Shown: positions 56,494-64,000 of the stretch, one piece after another | Numbering within the stretch: the stretch's first letter is position 1 | Layout of the letters: each line of letters opens with the position of its first letter | Assembly (NCBI GenBank): GCA_049298775.1 | Contig: JBAQWG010000030.1 | Location: 7,490-71,489 of the forward strand | Direction: 5' to 3' | From: Candidatus Saccharimonadales bacterium | Lineage (GTDB): Bacteria > Patescibacteriota > Saccharimonadia > Saccharimonadales > Saccharimonadaceae | DNA: 64,000 nucleotides | Notes under the pieces: model-generated | What the model was told of the DNA's origin: nothing | What the model saw: the letters and a program-made list of their open reading frames with translations, nothing else | The model's database searches: none | Program-made: the position numbers and the translations under genes

Positions 56494-57726
56494 TTATGTC
56501 CTTAGCCGACTGAACAATTTTTTTAATATACCAGCTGTTTTACCAATATTTGGCTTTGTTCGTCCTGAACTGTTGCTACGGTCATGATTACCATCGGCAT
56601 CAATAAGCATCAGTCCAGTAGCAGTGGCAAATTGTGGCTCGCTCAAGTGTTCAGCAACGCCACCGAAACCTTTTGCAACACCTACACGAGCAGCAAGACC
56701 TAGGCTTTCTTTTGTATAGTCTGCTATGTTTTTCAGTTTTGCACCACCACCAGTCAGAACGACGCCACTTGGCAATTTTGCATGTCGTCCTGCTTTTTTG
56801 AGCTCTTTCGTAATTTTCTCAAACAACTCTTCCAGCCGTGCTTCAATAATCTCGTTTACTTCCTCTCGAGCGAACTCAAGAGTCTCATTTTCGTATTTAA
56901 CGCTAACGATATCGCTACCTTCATGTGAAACCGCAGATCCGTGAGTCAATTTTACTTGCTCGGCAACCTCTGGATCGGTCTTAAGCCCAATAGCCAAATC
57001 GTTCGTGATGTTGGTTCCTCCAACTGGTATAACGCCCGCATACTGCAAATCTCCTTCTTCAAAGATAGCTATACTCGTCGTCGCTCCACCCATATCAATC
57101 ACGGCAACACCATTCTCTAATTGTTGTTCGCTCAGAACTGCTTTTGCCCCCGCAACAACACTTGGCGTAATGACATTTGGCGTAACTTTTGCCATTTCAA
57201 GAGTACTATGGAGTGCTGCAACATTTGGAACAAGTGCCGAGATGACATTTGCGTTAATTTCTAGCCGCGTGCCAGTCATACCAATAGGATCTTTGATATT
57301 ATCTTGACCATCCAGTCGATAACTATGAGGCACGACTTCAAGAATTTCTCTATTGGCCGGAACCTTGCCGACCGTTGCGACTTCTTCTAGGCGAGAAACA
57401 TCTTCCGCGCCGATTAAGTGGTCTGCGCTACCCACCGCAATCATACCATCGGTTGTCGTACTGAGAATATGAGACCCATTAATACTAATCGATGCACTGT
57501 TTACTTCATAACCACTCATACGTTCCGCTTCACCCAATGCCTCATCGATTGCCTGTGCGGGTCCACTAAGATTAACGACAGAACCTTTGCGCATACCAGA
57601 ATTTTTCACCTCACCTACGCCAACAATAGTAGGCGCACCAGTAGTTGCATCAATATGTCCAACAACGCAACGAACAGTAGTCGTACCAATATCAATGCCG
57701 ACGGCATAACGAGAGCTATCTTGCAT
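56494..57726 (-). CDS. ftsA: cell division protein FtsA
   Basis: Actin-fold motifs VGIDIGTT, IDMGGATT, VLTGGGAKL. C-terminal amphipathic tail. Confidence 0.93.
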   Translation of the reverse strand: MQDSSRYAVGIDIGTTTVRCVVGHIDATTGAPTIVGVGEVKNSGMRKGSVVNLSGPAQAIDEALGEAERMSGYEVNSASISINGSHILSTTTDGMIAVGSADHLIGAEDVSRLEEVATVGKVPANREILEVVPHSYRLDGQDNIKDPIGMTGTRLEINANVISALVPNVAALHSTLEMAKVTPNVITPSVVAGAKAVLSEQQLENGVAVIDMGGATTSIAIFEEGDLQYAGVIPVGGTNITNDLAIGLKTDPEVAEQVKLTHGSAVSHEGSDIVSVKYENETLEFAREEVNEIIEARLEELFEKITKELKKAGRHAKLPSGVVLTGGGAKLKNIADYTKESLGLAARVGVAKGFGGVAEHLSEPQFATATGLMLIDADGNHDRSNSSGRTKPNIGKTAGILKKLFSRLRT

Positions 57727-57733
57727 ATTTTGT

Positions 57734-57739
57734 ATTATA
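57734..57739 (-). promoter_or_regulatory. -10 box TATAAT 7 nt upstream of ftsA ATG (leaderless candidate)
   Basis: Complement reads agtTATAATacaaaatATG; no SD. Confidence 0.45.
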
Positions 57740-57784
57740 ACTATAAGCAGACGTTTTGAACAGACGTAAGGGCTTTAATCGTAT

Positions 57785-58543
57785 CTAAAGTTGCGTGAGA
57801 ATTTCAACACCAGATTCGGTGATAAGGACAGTGTGCTCAAAATGCGCCGCCAAACTACCATCTTTCGTAAGAATCGTCCATTCATCTACCGGGTCAGTAT
57901 AGATTCTCTCACCACCAAGTGTTGCCATAGGCTCAATCGCAATAGTATCTCCAGTGCGAAGCGTTGCGCCACTACCTTTTTTGCCATAATTTGGCACATC
58001 CGGCCCCATATGCATCTCCAGACCAACACCATGCCCCACAAGATCACGTATAATTCCTAATTTTCCATCATTGAGAACCTTCTCAACAGCTTCACCAATA
58101 TCACCTGTTCTCGTACCGTTACCCTTAATCGCATCAATGCCAGTGTAGAGACTTCGTTCCGTGACATTAAGTAGATGCTTTACCGCCCCTGATGGATTTT
58201 CACCAACAACCATCGTAAATGCGCTATCGGTTTTCATTCCTTTGTAAGTAACAACCAAATCAAAACCAACAATGTCACCTTTTTCAAAGACATAATCAGT
58301 TGGAATACCGTGCACAATAGCATCATTGACGCTGATACAAATAACTCCCGGAAAATTCGGAACCGGCTCCTTGTAGGTTGGCGTTGCGCCGAGTCGTCTT
58401 ATCTCATTATCAACCCAGTTATCAATATCGAGACCGGTCATGTCGACAGTGACATACTTTTTTAAACCATCAAGAACAGTTGCCAGAATCTTCCCGCCTT
58501 CTCTCATGGCAACTATTTGTTCAGGAGTTTTTGTTGGTTGCAT
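57785..58543 (-). CDS. map: type I methionine aminopeptidase
   Basis: ...CISVNDAIVHGIP...GDIV.FD......G...D.A.T..VG... HGVG...H; 252 aa. Confidence 0.92.
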   Translation of the reverse strand: MQPTKTPEQIVAMREGGKILATVLDGLKKYVTVDMTGLDIDNWVDNEIRRLGATPTYKEPVPNFPGVICISVNDAIVHGIPTDYVFEKGDIVGFDLVVTYKGMKTDSAFTMVVGENPSGAVKHLLNVTERSLYTGIDAIKGNGTRTGDIGEAVEKVLNDGKLGIIRDLVGHGVGLEMHMGPDVPNYGKKGSGATLRTGDTIAIEPMATLGGERIYTDPVDEWTILTKDGSLAAHFEHTVLITESGVEILTQL

Positions 58544-58555
58544 GTAGACTAATAG

Positions 58556-59101
58556 TTATACTAAGTTATTTTTCTGTATTTCAGCAACAATTTTTTCATG
58601 GATATCTTCAACCGATCCAATACCATTGATTTGTACAATTTTAATACCTCGATCTGCAAAAAAACCGATAATCGGATCTGTTTCACGACGATACAAATCG
58701 AGTCTTTCGGCGACAATTTCAGGCGTATCCTGTTCTCGCCCCCTCTGTGTCAAACGTTCTAAAATTTCACTATCTGGCACTTCAAGGACAATGACAATTT
58801 CTACTTGGCGTCCATAAGTATTATGATTACCCATCAGCCACTCAGCTTGAGCGTGAGTACGAGGAAAGCCATCAACAATAAGTCGCTTAAAGTCCTTAGC
58901 TTTGTCGAAAGCCTCTTCGACAACAGTATAGGTTTTTTCATCACTTACAAGTGCGCCAGTTTTCAGAATCTCTTTGACTTCAGGATCGGTGCTTGAGCGA
59001 AACATTTCACCAGTCGACAACCACTTCCAATCAAGTCTTTCAGCTAACATATGCCCCTGGACGCTTTTACCCGCACCCGCTGGTCCAAAAAGTAGAATCA
59101 C
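58556..59101 (-). CDS. adk: adenylate kinase (short-LID form)
   Basis: P-loop GPAGAGKS, LSTGEMFR, DGFPRT; 181 aa. GTG start with GGGAGAG upstream. Confidence 0.85.
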   Translation of the reverse strand: MILLFGPAGAGKSVQGHMLAERLDWKWLSTGEMFRSSTDPEVKEILKTGALVSDEKTYTVVEEAFDKAKDFKRLIVDGFPRTHAQAEWLMGNHNTYGRQVEIVIVLEVPDSEILERLTQRGREQDTPEIVAERLDLYRRETDPIIGFFADRGIKIVQINGIGSVEDIHEKIVAEIQKNNLV

Positions 59102-59112
59102 TTTTACTCTCC

Positions 59113-59565
59113 CTAATTTAAGTTCTCTTTGACAATTCGCGCAAGCGTTGCACCGTCAGCGGTATTGCCAACCTGTTGTTTTACCGCACCAATAACCTGT
59201 CCCATCATTTGAGGACCGCTAGCGCCTAGTTCAGCAATCTTCGCCACCACGATTTCACGAATTTTATCTTCACTCAATTGCTCAGGAAGATATTTCGAAA
59301 GTACCTCAGCTTCTTGTCTCTCTACTTCAGCCAGTTCTGGACGTCCATTCTGATCATAGAGGGCGATACTTTCGTTTCGTTTCTTTACTTCACGAGCGAT
59401 AATTTTTTCAATCTCATCATCCGTAAGCCCTTCGTCTCGCTTACCCTGAGCTACCTCTTCGTTCAAAATTGCCGCTTTCAGGTTGCGAAGCGTTTCGCCT
59501 ACAAAACGATTACCGCTCAGGAGAGCGGTTTTAGTATCGTCTTGAAGCGTATCTTTTAGTGACAT
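59113..59565 (-). CDS. GatB/YqeY domain-containing protein
   Basis: 150 aa; L..D.K.A...........LR.L.A....E.... typical YqeY layout; follows rpsU as in many Gram-positives. Confidence 0.75.
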   Translation of the reverse strand: MSLKDTLQDDTKTALLSGNRFVGETLRNLKAAILNEEVAQGKRDEGLTDDEIEKIIAREVKKRNESIALYDQNGRPELAEVERQEAEVLSKYLPEQLSEDKIREIVVAKIAELGASGPQMMGQVIGAVKQQVGNTADGATLARIVKENLN

Positions 59566-59568
59566 CTG

Positions 59569-59784
59569 CTAACGCAGTCCTAGCCTTGCCTTAGCTAGTT
59601 TGTCATTCTTACGTTCTTTGCGAATGATTGCTTTTACGCGTCGTTCAGTCTTGCTAATATCTTTGTTCATACGCATTGAAGCTTTCGCTTCTGCTAGAAC
59701 TCCGCTCTGCAATACCTTTCGGTTAAAACGACGAATAAGATTCTCGTTCGCTTCTCTTTCATCTTTACGTGTAACTTGTACCAT
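59569..59784 (-). CDS. rpsU: 30S ribosomal protein S21
   Basis: MVQVTRKDEREANENLIRRFNRKVLQSGVLAEAK.....K.SK.ER; 71 aa from ATG 59784. The track's 59847 start adds 21 implausible residues and overlaps the recJ end. Confidence 0.88.
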   Translation of the reverse strand: MVQVTRKDEREANENLIRRFNRKVLQSGVLAEAKASMRMNKDISKTERRVKAIIRKERKNDKLAKARLGLR

Positions 59785-59794
59785 ATGGATACAT

Positions 59795-59803
59795 ATTGTA
59801 ACA
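59795..59803 (-). promoter_or_regulatory. extended -10 (TGTTACAAT) 10 nt upstream of rpsU ATG
   Basis: Complement reads CAGAGAaatactaTCTCTGTTACAATatgtatccatATG. A 6-bp hairpin (59802-59820) overlaps the -35 region. Confidence 0.5.
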
Positions 59804-59836
59804 GAGATAGTATTTCTCTGCAATAGATACAATACA

Positions 59837-61540
59837 CTAAGTATCAATAATCTCCATATGTAACAATCGACCCTCTATTATTCGTCGACCCTGCCACTCG
59901 TTGATATCGGGATGATACCAAACAGTCACCCTCTCACCAGGTTCAACAAAAAAATGTGTCGGTGCGTTAAAGGCGAGCATCTGAAGACGCAAGCCAGTCG
60001 CATCTTGTACTTCTATCTTAATATGCTGAAATTCGGCGCCCATTTTTCGAACATTTTTCACCATAACGTTTTCCGTCTTTAAGACTGGCTGCGGATTACC
60101 ATTTCCAAATGGCTCTAGGCTCGCTAATTGCAAAACTAAGTCCTCTGAAACATCACTAAAAACAGCAAACGTATCCGCACGAGGAAGAAGTAACGCCTGC
60201 TGGTTGAATAATTTCTGCTCGCGATAGAATTCATTCACTCTTTTTCGAAATGCAACAATATTAACAACTGGTAGCGTCACTCCAGCTGCAAGTTTGTGGC
60301 CGCCACCTTTTGTCACAATATCACCAGCAAATTTGATAGCATCAGCCGCACTAAAATCACCATAACTTCGAGCCGAACCTTTTGCCTCCACGTCCATCTC
60401 CTCCAGTACAAACGTAGGCTTACCAAACTTCTCCAGTAATTTCGCAGCGACTATACCGACTATGCCATGATTCCAATTTTCTCCACTAACAACAAGTACG
60501 TTGTCATTTTTATACTTATCAGCCTGAATAATAGCTTCTCTTAAAATCTTATCTTGTTCGGTTCTTCTTGATGCGTTTAATACATCAAGTCGTTGTGCTA
60601 AATTCAACGCATCGAGAGAATCGTTTGTAATCAGCATGTCCAGTGCATGCTGTGCCGTTTCGAGGCGTCCAGCGGCATTCATCCTCGGGCCAAGACCAAA
60701 CCCAAGACTACGTGCGTTTATTTTATCAATTTCAACATTTGAGACACTCATAAGCGCTCTTAGGCCAGGCCGTTTAGTTTGAGCCAGGACCTTCAGTCCC
60801 CAGAATACATTCGATCTATTTTCATCACGCAATGTCACGACGTCACATACAGTACCTAGCGCAACAAGATCAAGCAACCACTTTTCTTGACCTTCCGGCA
60901 GTCCTTCTAGCTTTGTCTGAAGTGCTTGCACTAATTTGAATGCTACTCCCACGCCAGCCAAATCAACAAATGGATATATCTTGCCTTTCATCGTCGATGA
61001 CTCTTTTAGAAGAAAGTCTTCATACTCGTCAGGATAATCAGCAAGTAGTCGTTTTGGATTGATGACCGCAATGGCCGGAGGCTGAATAGACGCTACATTA
61101 TGATGGTCCGTAACAATCACATCAACGCCTAATTCATTTGCCCTTGTAATCTCCTTTTCGCTCAAGCTACCACAATCGACCGTGATAATTATATTTGCAC
61201 CACTACCAACTGAAGGATTTGCGATACGCTCGACTGCATCAACAGTCAGACCATAGCCCTCAACAAATCGGTTTGGTATAAACGTCGAGACTTCTTTAAA
61301 TCCAAACTTCTCTAATGAATCAAGTAAAACAGTTGTCGCCGTTAATCCATCAATATCGTAGTCACCATAAACTGTGATTCGTTCATTATTTTTTCTCGCT
61401 TCAACCAGTCGATCTACAGCTTTTCCCATATCTGGCAGTAAAAATGGGTCATGCTTATCATCGTAACTTGGATTCAAGAAAGCGTTGCGCTTACGACCCG
61501 TCAGGCCACGCGCTGACAGGATATCTTCAAATAGGCTCAT
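59837..61540 (-). CDS. recJ: single-stranded-DNA-specific exonuclease RecJ
   Basis: DHH motifs (YGDYDIDG, VITVDCG, IVTDHH) and DHHA1 GGGHKLAAG. Start set to ATG 61540 (MSLFEDIL...), 1 nt after the stop of the upstream gene, rather than track 61627. Confidence 0.88.
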   Translation of the reverse strand: MSLFEDILSARGLTGRKRNAFLNPSYDDKHDPFLLPDMGKAVDRLVEARKNNERITVYGDYDIDGLTATTVLLDSLEKFGFKEVSTFIPNRFVEGYGLTVDAVERIANPSVGSGANIIITVDCGSLSEKEITRANELGVDVIVTDHHNVASIQPPAIAVINPKRLLADYPDEYEDFLLKESSTMKGKIYPFVDLAGVGVAFKLVQALQTKLEGLPEGQEKWLLDLVALGTVCDVVTLRDENRSNVFWGLKVLAQTKRPGLRALMSVSNVEIDKINARSLGFGLGPRMNAAGRLETAQHALDMLITNDSLDALNLAQRLDVLNASRRTEQDKILREAIIQADKYKNDNVLVVSGENWNHGIVGIVAAKLLEKFGKPTFVLEEMDVEAKGSARSYGDFSAADAIKFAGDIVTKGGGHKLAAGVTLPVVNIVAFRKRVNEFYREQKLFNQQALLLPRADTFAVFSDVSEDLVLQLASLEPFGNGNPQPVLKTENVMVKNVRKMGAEFQHIKIEVQDATGLRLQMLAFNAPTHFFVEPGERVTVWYHPDINEWQGRRIIEGRLLHMEIIDT

Positions 61541-61541
61541 C

Positions 61542-61841
61542 TTACAAATCTGTTGAGATGCGTTTTGGACGCGCAGACTGCTGCTGAGACTTGATAACGA
61601 TACTCTGCAGTTCCTTGAATATGGCAAACTGCTTATTAGTAGAGTAAATCTTTGTATTTCCCTGCTTTTCGCTCAGTAAAAAGCCAACCTTTTCAAGCCG
61701 TTTGAGTTCGCGCTGGATATTACCTGGATCCTCTTTGATAAGCTTCGCAAGGCCTCTGACGTGCGTGCGAAAATCTGGGTACTTAGCATAGACTACAACA
61801 ATCTTACGCCGCACCCTTGAAGTGATAAAAACGTCTAACAT
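61542..61841 (-). CDS. small winged-helix DNA-binding transcriptional regulator
   Basis: 99 aa; ...HVRGLAKLIKEDPGNIQRELKRLEKVGFLLSEKQGNTKIY (wHTH). AAGGAGAG lies upstream. Confidence 0.6.
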   Translation of the reverse strand: MLDVFITSRVRRKIVVVYAKYPDFRTHVRGLAKLIKEDPGNIQRELKRLEKVGFLLSEKQGNTKIYSTNKQFAIFKELQSIVIKSQQQSARPKRISTDL

Positions 61842-61881
61842 ACTCTCCTTTTATTTACACCAACCGTCTCTTTGTTACTCA

Positions 61882-61901
61882 CTATCTTACACTTTCTTAC
61901 A
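61882..61901 (-). repeat. tandem decamer (plus strand CTATCTTACA CTTTCTTACA) upstream of the wHTH gene; candidate operator
   Basis: Two adjacent 10-mers, 9/10 identical. Minus strand TGTAAGAAAG TGTAAGATAG, 41-60 nt upstream of ATG 61841. Confidence 0.45.
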
Positions 61902-61935
61902 ACACTGTACAAGTAGATTTTTATCTATTAGTACA

Positions 61936-62595
61936 TTATCGCCAATTAAGGATAATTTGGTTTATCTTTTTAATGACGTCTTCGTGCTTCGGTAAATCAT
62001 TTTGATCATAATAATGATTTGTATTCAGATAGTTATCTTTAACATCAATAATGTGCAGTTCATCAGCGATTATATGAACCCTATCGACAATCTCTACACT
62101 TGCAATCGGCGTCGCGATAACAAGCTTATTAAAGCGTATAGGCTTGAGAAAATCCATCGCTACATCAATAATCATCAAATCGCTTAACCCATCACTCACC
62201 AGAATAATTGTGCGATCCCGCAAGAGTGTCTTGTCAATAACACCTCCGTCACCAATAAGCTGATTTATCTTATGGAGCGCTTGTCGTTTTTGTTCTTCTA
62301 GATAGCCGTAGAGTTCAGTTGTATACTCACGCGCTTCAATAGGGGCGAGATTATTATTATAGGTGAACTGTCCTGTTTGCGACACAGCACCAAAGAGTTG
62401 ATTCTCACCAGGTATGTCTATGGTTTCAGACACAAGAAGCGTCAGGATACAATGGAGTCGCTCGGCTATCGGTTCACCGACGGCGACACCACCATCATTG
62501 AGAGCAACAATTGCCACATCATCATAACGATATTTATCCAGCATATCTCTAGCTAGTTGCTCGCCCGCCTCTGCACGACTGTGAAAATACATCAT
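61936..62595 (-). CDS. phosphoribosyltransferase-fold family protein
   Basis: 219 aa; AIVALNDGGVAVGEPIA... and PRPP-loop-like RTIILVSDGLSD. Confidence 0.6.
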   Translation of the reverse strand: MMYFHSRAEAGEQLARDMLDKYRYDDVAIVALNDGGVAVGEPIAERLHCILTLLVSETIDIPGENQLFGAVSQTGQFTYNNNLAPIEAREYTTELYGYLEEQKRQALHKINQLIGDGGVIDKTLLRDRTIILVSDGLSDLMIIDVAMDFLKPIRFNKLVIATPIASVEIVDRVHIIADELHIIDVKDNYLNTNHYYDQNDLPKHEDVIKKINQIILNWR

Positions 62596-62603
62596 ATTCT
62601 GTC

Positions 62604-62611
62604 AGTATAAT
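62604..62611. promoter_or_regulatory. overlapping back-to-back -10 boxes in the 23-bp PRTase/priA divergent spacer
   Basis: 62596-62618 = attctgtcAGTATAATagatact. Plus TATAAT 62606-62611 lies 7 nt before ATG 62619. Minus TATACT (complement 62604-62609) lies 8 nt before ATG 62595. Confidence 0.5.
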
Positions 62612-62618
62612 AGATACT

Positions 62619-64000
62619 ATGCATTATTACGAGGTGGCTCCAACAAAAATTATCCGTTCTAAAAGTGATTTTTTTACGTACTCGTCCGATACAGAGCTTC
62701 AACTGGGCCAACTAGTCATCATTGAAGTTGGTAAAAAAAAGTTGGATGGTGTTGTTATAAAAAAAGTATCAATACCTAAATATGAAACTAAGAACATTAT
62801 CTCGATTACCGAACAAGCCCCGCTACCGCTCCCGCTTATTAAACTTTCACTCTGGCTCAGTGAATACTATACAACACATTTAGCGCTCGTCCTTCAAACT
62901 ATCTTGCCTCGGGGTTTACAAAAAAAACGTCGTGCTCAAATAAAAAGAGAAGTTAGCTCACTTAGAAACCGAACAAATATTGTGTTCAATAAAGACCAGA
63001 TTAACGCCATTAACACCATAGAATCTTCAACACCTGGTACTATTATTCTTCATGGAGTGACCGGATCAGGCAAGACTGCAGTCTATCTAGAGTCCGCAAA
63101 ACGAACCATAAAAAATGGAAAATCAGTCATTCTACTTGTACCCGAAATCGCGCTTACTCCACAGATTGTTGATGAATTTGAAACACACTTTGGCAACATC
63201 ATCCTCACCCATTCTCGCCAAACAGAAGCTGAGCGTCATTATGCTTGGAAAAAAGCATTGTACTCTACTGAACCACGAATTGTCATAGGCCCGCGCTCCG
63301 CTCTTTTCATGCCACTGAAAAATGTTGGCCTCATTGTTATAGACGAAGCACACGAGCCGAGTTTTAAACAAGAACAATCGCCTCGCTATTCAGCTTTGCG
63401 CGCTGCAAGTGTTCTCGCGTCCAATCATGAAGCAAAATTAATACTCGGTAGCGCAACCCCATCAGCTAGTGATTACTATCTCGCAAAACAAACCGGGCGC
63501 CCAATAGTTGTTATGAATTCAACTGCACGTGTTTCAATCGCACCAGATATAAGTCTTATTGATATGACAAAACGTTCAAACTTTCAGCGCCACCGCTTCT
63601 TATCCGACTCCCTTCTTAGCTTAATCGAGGAAACCCTAAAAGAAAAACACCAAATATTGATCTTCCATAATCGCCGAGGCAGCTCAAGTATGACACTTTG
63701 CGAAAACTGCGGCTGGCAAGCAATATGTCAACGCTGTTTCGTTCCCCTCACTCTTCATGCAGACAAACACGAACTCCGTTGCCACATATGCGGTAACACA
63801 GACGGAGTACCAACTAGCTGTCCTATCTGTCAACACACTAGCATCATCCACAAAGGAATCGGAACAAAACTTATAGAAAGCGAATTGATAAAGATCTTCC
63901 CTAAAGCTTCAATCAGTCGTTTTGACGGTGACAGTGACGATAATGAAACACTAGATAGACGCTATAAAGATTTATATGACGGATCAATCGACATTATCGT
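62619..64000 (+). CDS. priA: primosomal protein N' (replication restart helicase PriA), 5' part; continues beyond window end
   Basis: Not in the ORF track because it is truncated. My translation: MHYYEVAPTKIIRS..., Walker A LHGVTGSGKT, DEAHE, and zinc-binding CENCGW...CQRC...CHICG...CPIC. Open to nt 64000. Confidence 0.9.
   Translation, partial: MHYYEVAPTKIIRSKSDFFTYSSDTELQLGQLVIIEVGKKKLDGVVIKKVSIPKYETKNIISITEQAPLPLPLIKLSLWLSEYYTTHLALVLQTILPRGLQKKRRAQIKREVSSLRNRTNIVFNKDQINAINTIESSTPGTIILHGVTGSGKTAVYLESAKRTIKNGKSVILLVPEIALTPQIVDEFETHFGNIILTHSRQTEAERHYAWKKALYSTEPRIVIGPRSALFMPLKNVGLIVIDEAHEPSFKQEQSPRYSALRAASVLASNHEAKLILGSATPSASDYYLAKQTGRPIVVMNSTARVSIAPDISLIDMTKRSNFQRHRFLSDSLLSLIEETLKEKHQILIFHNRRGSSSMTLCENCGWQAICQRCFVPLTLHADKHELRCHICGNTDGVPTSCPICQHTSIIHKGIGTKLIESELIKIFPKASISRFDGDSDDNETLDRRYKDLYDGSIDII

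Noticed and set aside
1-64000. Search for CRISPR arrays, IS elements, integrases, prophage genes, toxin-antitoxin pairs and known defence genes
   Set aside because: I saw no direct-repeat arrays, no DDE/serine/tyrosine recombinase motifs and no recognisable defence domains (nucleases, STAND/AAA+ NTPases, TIR, SIR2, reverse transcriptase). The accessory content is limited to the ORFan pairs described in the findings.

Overview
This 64-kb window is an almost gap-free housekeeping stretch of a compact bacterial chromosome. I count about 68 protein genes and recognised no rRNA, tRNA, CRISPR array, transposase or integrase.

Gene content:
- Translation: rpmA, rplU, rpsB-tsf, rpsU, L31 type B, frr, hpf, prfB, prfA-prmC, serS, lysS, proS, ileS.
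- Secretion and proteolysis: secA, lepB, rseP, a CPBP protease, HtrA, an S41 Ctp protease, an M16 peptidase.
- Division and cell wall: ftsA-ftsZ; ftsE-ftsX followed by two PcsB-like coiled-coil/CHAP paralogues; murD with an overlapping PP-loop gene; an LCP protein.
- Chromosome maintenance: parA-parB, recJ, priA, nrdR.
- Several lineage-specific ORFans.

The monoderm-type envelope genes, the shortened enzymes (ProRS without the INS domain, a 198-aa EF-Ts) and the ORFans fit a reduced-genome lineage such as Saccharibacteria/Patescibacteria. That assignment is inference only.

I did not find a clear-cut novel multi-gene system such as a defence island. The observations most worth a second look are:
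1. More than 20 transcription-unit-leading genes have a -10 box (often TGnTAYAAT) only 6-11 nt before the ATG and no Shine-Dalgarno. Two divergent gene pairs are separated by only 22-23 bp and have overlapping back-to-back -10 boxes.
2. The ileS leader is T-box-like and carries a canonical UGGUAAC bulge, but its terminator arrangement is non-canonical.
3. A murD plus PP-loop gene pair looks like the MurD2/MurL L-Glu epimerase route.
4. NrdR has lost all four zinc-ribbon cysteines. It sits next to a Cys-less thioredoxin-fold ORF and a VKOR gene.
5. A 750-aa cytoplasmic ORFan has a caspase/CHAT-like His...Cys layout and a small acidic partner gene.
6. Two further ORFan pairs and a 190-bp unexplained intergenic segment remain unassigned.

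All family calls come from motif recognition by eye. No searches were run.
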